Translations under genes and position numbers: made by a program
Assembly (NCBI GenBank): GCA_963754925.1
Contig: CAVWHX010000004.1
Coordinates: 416,001 to 480,000, forward strand
Direction of reading: 5' to 3'
DNA length: 64,000 bases
From: an uncultured delta proteobacterium
GTDB lineage: Bacteria > Myxococcota > B64-G9
The notes under the pieces: model-generated
What the model saw: the letters and a program-made list of their open reading frames with translations, nothing else
What the model was told of the DNA's origin: nothing
Database searches by the model: none
Shown here: piece after piece, positions 19,342-27,241 of the stretch
How positions within the stretch are numbered: position 1 is the stretch's first letter
Layout of the letters: the number at the start of each line of letters is the position of its first letter

Positions 19342-19908
19342 TTAGGTCAATAGCGGAAGAGTCGATATGTCTAAATTGGCGTCTGAAGATTCATCTTCGT
19401 CAATCTTGGTCCTGAGCAACAGCTTTAGCGAATAGTCCATCTTTGTTACGTCAGGCAAGGCAGCAAGGTAATCGCGTATTTTTACGCAGCCTTCAAGAAC
19501 ATCACAGTACAAGGCATATGAATTGATGTATATCTGTCCATTATATCTAAACAATATAATACCGGTGCGTTGTGCGAAGATACCGGCGTTCTTTGGATAA
19601 AGCTGATGCATCACTCCGCATCGAATTATGCCATAAAACACAGACTCGTTATGGTATTTTGCCTTATTAAAGAAACGAGTGTCGTTAATCAACTCGTTAA
19701 AGAGGGCTTTGTTAGTTTTCTTGAGGTCGAATGTTTGATAAATGATCCACGCGAATGCATCAAAGGCCGCCATAGCAGTACATATCATTGCGAAGCCGAG
19801 TTTTCCACGTAAGGCAGGGTTATCCAACACATTCTCAAAAGAAGCCTTGTCATTGGTAAGATAATCAATAGTATGGTTTGCAAAATCAACGACATCGTTC
19901 GGGCTCAA
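19342..19908 (-). CDS. hypothetical protein with HEPN-like RxxxxH motif
   Basis: AT-rich 188 aa ORF, AAGGAG RBS before TTG; YGIIRCGVMHQ. Confidence 0.6.
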   Translation of the reverse strand: MSPNDVVDFANHTIDYLTNDKASFENVLDNPALRGKLGFAMICTAMAAFDAFAWIIYQTFDLKKTNKALFNELINDTRFFNKAKYHNESVFYGIIRCGVMHQLYPKNAGIFAQRTGIILFRYNGQIYINSYALYCDVLEGCVKIRDYLAALPDVTKMDYSLKLLLRTKIDEDESSDANLDISTLPLLT

Positions 19909-20109
19909 AGAGATCTCCTTTCAATCTTGGAAGCTGGGTCTAACATGTTATTCTTTGGTTCTGAATATTACCACATCCAGGGAGATATATAGAAAGGTGA
20001 AAATTGCCGTTCATTTTATACCATTAATTATCTTTGGGGTTATCAACATCAGGGGATCCCTTCCGAGGGGCTTTGCAGCGCAAATGGTCGCCTCGTTTTC
20101 TCTATAGCC

Positions 20110-20400
20110 TCAACTTGCCTTCTTCAGCGCGATTACGGATTTGTGTTTCCGCAGCGCATGCCACAGGTCCCAGTTTCTCTGTAGGTTTAGCCAAAACTCG
20201 GGACCGGTACGGAAAGCCTCGCCAAGAGCGAGAGCGGAGTTTGCGGAAATCCCTCGCCGACCGTTGACAATTTCGTTCAGCCTGGTCCAGCTCCAACCGA
20301 GATGTCGCGCAAGCTCTACCTGTGTCATGCCCATAGGTTCCAGAAACTCCTTGAGCAGCATCTCTCCAGGATGCGTTGGCGGTCTTTTCTTTGGCAGCAT
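20110..20400 (-). CDS. higA: HigA family antitoxin (XRE HTH)
   Basis: PTHPGEML, RLNEIVNGRRGIS, PEFWLNLQ. Confidence 0.92.
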   Translation of the reverse strand: MLPKKRPPTHPGEMLLKEFLEPMGMTQVELARHLGWSWTRLNEIVNGRRGISANSALALGEAFRTGPEFWLNLQRNWDLWHALRKHKSVIALKKAS

Positions 20401-20418
20401 ACTTTTTCTCCCTAAACA

Positions 20419-20829
20419 TCACGCTTTAACCAACATAAAATGCTCCTTGGGTGTCACAATTTTCACAGATTTATAGGTTTTCAACTCCAGTAAATCCTTA
20501 TCGCCGGTCACAATCCAAGCAGCCTTGGCGCTTACGGCAACGGAAAGGAATTTATCATCGTGTGGATCGCGGCAGACTCCCCTAACCTTTTCCTTGATTT
20601 CGATCACTTCAAAAAAGGGAAGTATTTCATCCGCGATAATTGACTGTATTTCATAATCGCGAAGCGCAAACTTCGGATAACTCAGAACGGTCTGGAGTTC
20701 TCTAAACGTCTCTTTCGAAATCACCGGGATTATTCTACCCGCCTTCCACTGATCCACTAGTGTCGCCAACTGTCCTTTAAGCAGGAGCGCCGAAACGATC
20801 ACGTTGGTGTTGAGTACGACCCGTTTCAT
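20419..20829 (-). CDS. PIN domain toxin (VapC-like), first catalytic Asp replaced by Asn
   Basis: VVLNTNVIVS (family consensus DTN), CRDPHDDKFL, IVTGDKDLL. Confidence 0.88.
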   Translation of the reverse strand: MKRVVLNTNVIVSALLLKGQLATLVDQWKAGRIIPVISKETFRELQTVLSYPKFALRDYEIQSIIADEILPFFEVIEIKEKVRGVCRDPHDDKFLSVAVSAKAAWIVTGDKDLLELKTYKSVKIVTPKEHFMLVKA

Positions 20830-21065
20830 TTGCTTTTCTTTCTCGCCCAGGTAACCGCGTCATGCACCTCTTTCTCGGTAATCCCCAACAATAGCATCTT
20901 TTCCCGAATGCTCTCCAACGAAGCCTTTATCGGGACCACCTTGACCGGAAGCAGAATGATTCGATCGTCTTCCACCGTGGCATCGAACAAGTCGACCCCT
21001 GGGAATTTGTCAGCAACCTCCTTTGGAAGGGTAAGCTGATTTTTTGAAGTCTTTTTGGCGAGCAT
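20826..21065 (-). CDS. AbrB/MazE/SpoVT family antitoxin
   Basis: MLAKKTSKNQLTLPK motif; ATGA coupling to the PIN gene; AAGGAG RBS. Confidence 0.88.
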   Translation of the reverse strand: MLAKKTSKNQLTLPKEVADKFPGVDLFDATVEDDRIILLPVKVVPIKASLESIREKMLLLGITEKEVHDAVTWARKKSK

Positions 21066-21075
21066 GCTCCTTACC

Positions 21076-21115
21076 TCCTTACAGTAAGGATACATTTATA
21101 TCTTATAATTTGCAA
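21076..21115 (-). promoter_or_regulatory. promoter and palindromic operator of the AbrB-PIN operon
   Basis: Minus strand TTGCAA-N17-TATCCT, overlapping the palindrome TCCTTAC-A-GTAAGGA (21076-21090). Confidence 0.55.
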
Positions 21116-21230
21116 GTAAGAATGTCATCGGGCAATCCGCACCGCAACACCCCTCCCCTGAAGGGACAAGATACTGTAAGTATCGCTTCGCTCACTAACA
21201 GTCTCAAGCGAGATGGCGACCACCCGATAT

Positions 21231-21319
21231 CCGTGTCCTTCGAGACGTGGCGCTTCGCGCCACTCCTCAGGAACACGGCATATTTTCCGACTTCCTGAGG
21301 AGCGGAGCGTCTCGAAGGA
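21231..21319. repeat. REP-like palindromic element
   Basis: TCCTTCGAGACG (21236-47) pairs with CGTCTCGAAGGA (21308-19); CTCCTCAGGAA pairs with TTCCTGAGGAG; inner GTGGCGC-TTC-GCGCCAC hairpin. Confidence 0.7.
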
Positions 21320-21429
21320 AGTCAAGTTGACTCTTTCCCTCTACGCAACCCCCTACAATGAGGCTCATTGACCGGAACCAGCCTTGGGTGTATGGAAGAG
21401 CGCGTAACCATAAAGAGGAGATACGTTTT

Positions 21430-22104
21430 GTGATTCATCTTGAGAATATTTCTCGGGTCTACGGTGCGGGCGCGGGAGTGACCGAGGCCTTGCGCGAGGT
21501 CTCGTTGGACGTGGCCGCGGGCGCTTTTGTGACGGTGGTGGGAACCTCGGGCTCGGGCAAAACCACCCTGCTCAACATCATCGGCGGCCTTGACACGGAA
21601 TACCGCGGCCGGGCGTTGGTGGCGGGCCGGGATCTCAAATCGCTTGCCGACGCTGAACTCAGCTGCTTTCGCAACCAAACTGTCGGGTTTGTCTTTCAGC
21701 ATTTCCATCTGCTCGACCACCTCGATGCGCTGCAAAACGTCGCCCTCCCGAGCTTCTTTGGGAGCGACAAACACGACGTTCCCGGTCGGGCTGAAGAAGC
21801 GTTGGTCAGAGTGGGCCTCAAGGACAAACTTCGATCGTTGCCGAGCCAGCTCTCGGGCGGCCAGAAGCAGCGGGTGGCAATCGCCCGGGCGCTGTTCTCC
21901 CGACCGCGGCTTATCCTCTGCGACGAGCCGACCGGCAACCTCGACCGTCGCACCAGCGCGCAGATCATTTCGTTGTTCGAATCGCTCAATCGCGACGACA
22001 CCATCACGGTCATGGTGGTCACGCATGAAGACTCCTTGTTTTCGGCCATAAGTCAAACCGTACACATTGAGGACGGCCGGTTGGTCAGCGGAGGCGCCGC
22101 ATGA
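21430..22104 (+). CDS. ABC transporter ATP-binding protein (LolD/MacB type)
   Basis: GTSGSGKT, LSGGQKQR, CDEPTGNLD, VTH; GAGGAG RBS before GTG 21430. Confidence 0.93.
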   Translation: MIHLENISRVYGAGAGVTEALREVSLDVAAGAFVTVVGTSGSGKTTLLNIIGGLDTEYRGRALVAGRDLKSLADAELSCFRNQTVGFVFQHFHLLDHLDALQNVALPSFFGSDKHDVPGRAEEALVRVGLKDKLRSLPSQLSGGQKQRVAIARALFSRPRLILCDEPTGNLDRRTSAQIISLFESLNRDDTITVMVVTHEDSLFSAISQTVHIEDGRLVSGGAA

Positions 22105-23456
22105 CATTCGCCCGGCTTTTTCAACTCATCCGCCAGAATCTTCAACGCAACCGTAAGAACCTCGTTTTTTCCTCGATCGGCATCGTGGTCGGGATCAGCA
22201 GCTTCATATTCTTTGTTACGCTGGGAGCCGGGATCAGGGAGGTGATAGCGACCAAGATCTTCCCGGTTGACGCCAATCGCATCCAAATCGTGCCGCGCAC
22301 GATGCAGTTCGGCGAAGGTGCCGGTGCCGGCCTCATTGATGACGACGCGCTCAAGTACATCGCAGCGATCCAAGGCGTCAAAGAAATCTACCCGCGCATG
22401 AAACTGGACTTCCTTGCCACCCTTACCATCAACGGCAGAAACATATCGCCCGCCACCCTAGCGCTCCTCGGGCGCCTCCCGGGAATTACACCGCAACTGC
22501 TTGCGGCCATACAAGATGTACGAGTCTGGTTGGAGATAATGGGCAACGGCATCGATCCGCGACTGGTTAAAGATGACGCCACGGCAGGAACCTTCGCCGA
22601 TCCGGGACCGGGCCGACCTATTCCCGTGCTGCTATCGCGCCGCATGATCGAGCTCTACAACGGTTCGTTTGCCGAGGCGCGCCACCTGCCTCAGCTTCAC
22701 GACTCGTTGTTGCCGTTCCTGCCGTTGTTGCCGCTGACGCTGAATAATTCGTTCATTTCCCGAGAAGTACGCGGCGCGCCGCAGGAAGCCAGTATGAAGA
22801 TCGTCGGTATCAGCCGCCACGCTCTCATGGGCGGGATAACCGTGCCGCTCGACACTGCCCGCCGACTCAACCGTCAATTTGCAGGCGAGGGCGCCGCCCA
22901 TACCTATGACGCGGCTGTCGTTGAAGTTGCTTCGGCGAAGTGGCTTACGCCGATCCAGGAGCAGATTAGAACGTTGGGCTACGACGTGGATCTCAGTGAA
23001 CGGCGTATGGCGGAGAGCATCGGCTTGGTGGTGGTGCTGACGACGCTCGGCTTTACGTTAATCAGCCTCGTTATTGTCGGCATCGCGGCAATCAATATCG
23101 CCCACACCTTCTTTATGATTGTTTACGAACGCAAGCGCGAGATCGGGCTCATGCGCGCCCTGGGCGCCACCCGGCGCGATATTCGCGCCACTATCCTGGG
23201 AGAGGCCGCCTGTGTTGGAGCCGGCGCCGGCGCCATCGGCCTAGGGCTTGGATTTAGTTTCTGCCAACTCGTTGATTACGTAGTCGGCAAGATCCTCCCC
23301 AACTTCCCCTTCAAGCCGGAGAGCTTCTTTGCCTACTCGCCGTGGATGTTTGTCGGCGGGTTGCTCTTCGCCGTATTGTTTTGCTACCTCGGGGCTTTCT
23401 TCCCGGCCCGCCGTGCTGCAAAGGTGGATCCGGTGAGTGCGCTCAGCGGCCGCTAG
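22101..23456 (+). CDS. ABC transporter permease (MacB/FtsX family)
   Basis: N-terminal TM, large periplasmic loop, ERKREIGLMRALGA, PARRAAKVDPV. Confidence 0.9.
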   Translation: MTFARLFQLIRQNLQRNRKNLVFSSIGIVVGISSFIFFVTLGAGIREVIATKIFPVDANRIQIVPRTMQFGEGAGAGLIDDDALKYIAAIQGVKEIYPRMKLDFLATLTINGRNISPATLALLGRLPGITPQLLAAIQDVRVWLEIMGNGIDPRLVKDDATAGTFADPGPGRPIPVLLSRRMIELYNGSFAEARHLPQLHDSLLPFLPLLPLTLNNSFISREVRGAPQEASMKIVGISRHALMGGITVPLDTARRLNRQFAGEGAAHTYDAAVVEVASAKWLTPIQEQIRTLGYDVDLSERRMAESIGLVVVLTTLGFTLISLVIVGIAAINIAHTFFMIVYERKREIGLMRALGATRRDIRATILGEAACVGAGAGAIGLGLGFSFCQLVDYVVGKILPNFPFKPESFFAYSPWMFVGGLLFAVLFCYLGAFFPARRAAKVDPVSALSGR

Positions 23457-23489
23457 TTTTACGACATCATTACTTTAGACAACGAATCC

Positions 23490-23553
23490 TGGATCCCCGC
23501 CTGCGCGGGGATGACATCATTGCTCATTCGTCATTCCCACGAAAGTGGGAATC
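23490..23553. repeat. REP-like doublet (GGATCCCCGCCTGCGCGGGGATGAC ... GTCATTCCCACGAAAGTGGGAATC)
   Basis: Two short palindromes in inverted arrangement downstream of the permease. Confidence 0.7.
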
Positions 23554-23608
23554 TAAATTAGAGTCATACAATTTATTAGTTTGAAAAATTGTCAATCCTG
23601 TCCGATAA

Positions 23609-23638
23609 TTGACGACTCAGCGCATTAAGAGTTATAAT
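23609..23638 (+). promoter_or_regulatory. putative sigma70 promoter
   Basis: TTGACG-N18-TATAAT upstream of the ORF at 23721. Confidence 0.5.
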
Positions 23639-23720
23639 AATTTTAATCGGGGATTTCGTCGAAAGAATCGACAAAAGAACAAAAAGTTATACGAATTTCC
23701 AGTTCTAAAAGAGGTGGAAT

Positions 23721-24281
23721 ATGGTCAAAATAAAGGGACTACCTTTGTTAACATCCAAGAATTTTATCCTGGAACGATATGGTCAAGAAGCGTATGAGAA
23801 AATAATTAACGCACTTAGCGAGGAAGATAGAAAAATATTTAACGGAGTAATTCTCTCTTCTCAATTTTACCCGCTCGATGCGTATGTGCATTGGCTCGAA
23901 TTGGAAGTTAAACTATTATACAATGGTGACAAGTTTGTGTTAGTACGACAGAATTTAGAAGCAACCGAGAAAGCAGTCAAAGGAATATATAAGATTTTTC
24001 TTTATTTAGGTTCGCCGGAAAAAGTTCTCGAGCGGTTGGGTAGAATAAACAATCAACTGTTCGAGAACTTAACTGTCCAAACGACAAAAATTGAAAAGGG
24101 CAAAGTTCTGATAACCGTCAGGGGATATGAAAAAAAACATGCAATATTTGAAATACTTATTAGTGGTTTTTGGTTGACCATGTTGAAGTTGATGGGAGCT
24201 AAAGATTATAAGTTTGAACCCAGGATTTCTATTGCTGACGGCCAAGATCGTTGTGAATTTCTTCTTAGTTGGACAAAGTAA
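23721..24281 (+). CDS. hypothetical protein, possibly DUF2378/V4R-like small-ligand-binding fold
   Basis: AT-rich, GAGGTGG RBS; KIKG start, ERYG, ILSSQFYP, C-terminal GQDRCEFLLSW. Confidence 0.55.
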   Translation: MVKIKGLPLLTSKNFILERYGQEAYEKIINALSEEDRKIFNGVILSSQFYPLDAYVHWLELEVKLLYNGDKFVLVRQNLEATEKAVKGIYKIFLYLGSPEKVLERLGRINNQLFENLTVQTTKIEKGKVLITVRGYEKKHAIFEILISGFWLTMLKLMGAKDYKFEPRISIADGQDRCEFLLSWTK

Positions 24282-24563
24282 AACTGTATAACTAATGATC
24301 TCGCCTGAAGAACACCGAACGCCTTTGATTAGTTGACCAAGCATCTATCTTTCTCGATCGTGTCAGTAACCATTAACTATGTCGGGTTTATGGTTCGTCT
24401 TCTGGTCAACGCGTTCGTTTCCCGGGCGATCTCCCCTTTGAGTGTGGTTTTTAATTGTACTTGAGTTTTGTTCGGGTTTTATATTGAGCTAACGTATTAA
24501 TGTACGTTGTCTGACATCTATCGGCGATCAAGGAATCATAGAACATCCGTTGGATATACGCGT

Positions 24564-25715
24564 ATGAGCAGATTGAGCAAAAGGGCGCAAGAAATCCCAC
24601 CATTTATCGTCATGGATGTCATGGAGAGGGCCCACGAGCTCGAACGGCAAGGCCGCCACATCATTCATCTGGAGGTCGGCGAGCCGGACTTTCGGACTCC
24701 CCAATGCATTGGCGAGGCTGGGGCCAAGGCCATCGAGAAAGGAGCAACCCATTACACTCACAGCCTGGGGCTTATAGAGCTACGGGAGGCTATCCGTGAT
24801 CACTATACCAAGAAGTACGGTGTTCGTTTCGGCGCCGACCAGGTGGTGGTGACGTCGGGGACTTCCTCTGCCTTGTTCATGATTGTTTCATCCCTGCTGG
24901 ATTCGGGGGACGAGATCATTTTGTCTGATCCCCATTACCCCTGTTATCCAAATTTTATACAATTCATCGGGGGTGTTCCCCGCTTGGTGCCGGTATACGA
25001 AGAACGGGGGTTCCAGCTTACGCCGAGTGAAATAAAGAAAAACATCGGTCCCCGGACAAAGGCAGTGATTATCAATTCTCCCTCTAACCCAACCGGCACC
25101 CTTCTCCCAGAAGAACGAATACAAGAGATTGCCCAATTGGGTATTCCCGTCATATCTGATGAGATTTACCATGGTCTTGTGTACGGCGAGAAAGAGCATT
25201 CCATCCTTGAGTTCACCGATGATGCATTTGTCGTCAACGGATTTTCAAAACTCTATGCCATGACCGGTTGGCGACTGGGCTATATTATTGCGCCACGTGA
25301 TTTCGTTCGACCCCTGCAGAAGATTCAACAGAATATGTTTATCTCCGCGGGAAGTATGGCCCAATGGGCAGGTGTGGCCGCGCTCACTGAGGCCGAGGCG
25401 GATGTACGGCAGATGGTGGGAATTCTCAACGAGCGGCGCAAATACATGATTCAAAGGGTGCGGGAACTGGGATTTAGACTTCCGAAGGAACCTCAAGGCG
25501 CTTTTTATATGCTGCTCAATGCCAAGCACCTATGTGATAGTTCCTATGAACTGGCATTCGAAATCTTGGAGAAGGCAGGAGTCGGTGTAGCGCCGGGGAT
25601 CGATTTCGGTCAGAACGCAGAAGGATTTATCCGTTTGTCATATGCCAATTCCCTTGAGAACATTAAAGAGGGGTTGGACCGGATTGAGGCGTTTCTATCA
25701 AACCGAAAACGTTAG
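24564..25715 (+). CDS. class I/II PLP-dependent aminotransferase (AspAT-like)
   Basis: GEPDF, NSPSNPTG, SDEIY, GFSKLYAMTGWRLG, IRLSY. Confidence 0.95.
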   Translation: MSRLSKRAQEIPPFIVMDVMERAHELERQGRHIIHLEVGEPDFRTPQCIGEAGAKAIEKGATHYTHSLGLIELREAIRDHYTKKYGVRFGADQVVVTSGTSSALFMIVSSLLDSGDEIILSDPHYPCYPNFIQFIGGVPRLVPVYEERGFQLTPSEIKKNIGPRTKAVIINSPSNPTGTLLPEERIQEIAQLGIPVISDEIYHGLVYGEKEHSILEFTDDAFVVNGFSKLYAMTGWRLGYIIAPRDFVRPLQKIQQNMFISAGSMAQWAGVAALTEAEADVRQMVGILNERRKYMIQRVRELGFRLPKEPQGAFYMLLNAKHLCDSSYELAFEILEKAGVGVAPGIDFGQNAEGFIRLSYANSLENIKEGLDRIEAFLSNRKR

Positions 25716-25721
25716 GCTTCC

Positions 25722-26525
25722 TTAGGGATTTGACGCTACTTGAGGTTTGGGCTGGTATACCTTCCTCGTGATTATTACCGCAAGTGCGTATAACACGCAG
25801 AAATTCACGAGAATCGATAACGATGAGACCCACAGCATGAAAAAGTTACCAAGATTTATTTCAACGGTCATAGGTGTAATTGCCAAGGTCATAACCGACG
25901 GTATTACCCAAAGAAAAAACCAGATAAGGAACTTGTAGAATCCGGTCTTCCCTGCAGCATCCCCGCTTGCCAAGGCAATGCCCAAATAGAAAAAAATGGC
26001 CCCAAACACAATTTCAACAATGGTCCCTATCATAAGACCGGTGCTGTTGTTGCACAAGAAATAAGTGACAACAATAGAAATAAAAATTGTCGGGACGAGG
26101 TAGAAGAGGGAAAGCGAAAAGGCATCTTGAGTGAAATAAACTTCTTTCCCCTGCATGTCCCGATGAGCGACTATCATGCCGGCAATATAATACAGCGCAA
26201 ACGAAACCAGACCTCCAAAGAATGCACTTAACAACCACGGCACAATATCTGCCACCACGGGGATTATCATGTAGGAATAAACCAACGATCCCACGGTATG
26301 TAACATCAGCGGATAATAATAAGACTTTTTGATCTCAACCTTTTTATCGCGCGGTTTCGTCATCACTATGCCGAGCCAGTAAAAAAACCAGCACAGTGCA
26401 ATTCCCGCATAAAATCCGCCAAAAATAAGCGGCTTAACACCGACGATAATAGGCATAAAGGAATATCCGATCCCACCTACTATCAAGAGGTACATAATCA
26501 GCGGTATGAGTGTTCTTACTTTCAT
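25722..26525 (-). CDS. multi-pass membrane protein of unknown function
   Basis: About eight hydrophobic segments; GGAGG RBS before ATG 26525. Confidence 0.7.
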   Translation of the reverse strand: MKVRTLIPLIMYLLIVGGIGYSFMPIIVGVKPLIFGGFYAGIALCWFFYWLGIVMTKPRDKKVEIKKSYYYPLMLHTVGSLVYSYMIIPVVADIVPWLLSAFFGGLVSFALYYIAGMIVAHRDMQGKEVYFTQDAFSLSLFYLVPTIFISIVVTYFLCNNSTGLMIGTIVEIVFGAIFFYLGIALASGDAAGKTGFYKFLIWFFLWVIPSVMTLAITPMTVEINLGNFFMLWVSSLSILVNFCVLYALAVIITRKVYQPKPQVASNP

Positions 26526-26673
26526 AGAATCCTCCCTGTTGAGTTGTAGGAAGAACCTGTCCAACCTGCTGCAACTTAATGTTGATCCAAGATGCTGGAT
26601 AATACTTTTGATAGTTATCTAAACATTATGGAATAATAATCAATCTTTTTTTGCCGTTATATTAACGGTATGC

Positions 26674-27226
26674 TTATAAAGAAGAAACAATCTCTTCGAT
26701 ACTTTTGGTGAGGAATCTCTGTATTTTGCACTCAACCTGCCATACAAACTTTCTGTTTTCGTTGATTAACTTCACAATCTGGTCATTAATTCCATAGCGT
26801 TGAACCAGATCGTCGACCCGTTGGTCGACCGACACAATCGCATCGTGCAAAACCCGCTTGTCTGCATAGAACACAATCTCCCGCTCTTCGAGATTGGCGT
26901 CAGGTTTGAAACCGATGAAGAATACATGCGACTCCACGATGTCGGCAATGGCATCATACCCTATTTCGCGTAGTATCCGGCCGCCGAGAAGATCGTGTCT
27001 CAATTCTCTGGCTTCTATGGCTCTGGTTTTGGCGATATCGTGTAAGAGCGCCGCCGCCCGTACCAGACTTGGCTGTAGTATCGCTGGGTCCTTAAGGTTT
27101 TCAACCAACGCCATGGACACATTCATTACTCGGACCGAATGCAGCTTGATGTTATCAAGCATATTAAACTTGCTTCATAATATCGTAGCATTGGTCTTCG
27201 GTCGGTACTGGTGCAATTTCCTTCAT
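26674..27226 (-). CDS. HD/HDIG domain phosphohydrolase, +1 frameshift near 27170
   Basis: HS, AALLHDIAK, H, H, YADKRV; the N-terminus MKEIAPVPTEDQCYDIMKQ lies one frame off the 27162 ORF; span is 3n+1. Confidence 0.8.
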
Positions 27227-27241
27227 GGACCTATCGATACG

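Noticed and set aside
20102..20422. 106-aa ORF overlapping higA as a possible HigB toxin
   Set aside because: It is an alternative frame of higA with no RelE/HigB features.
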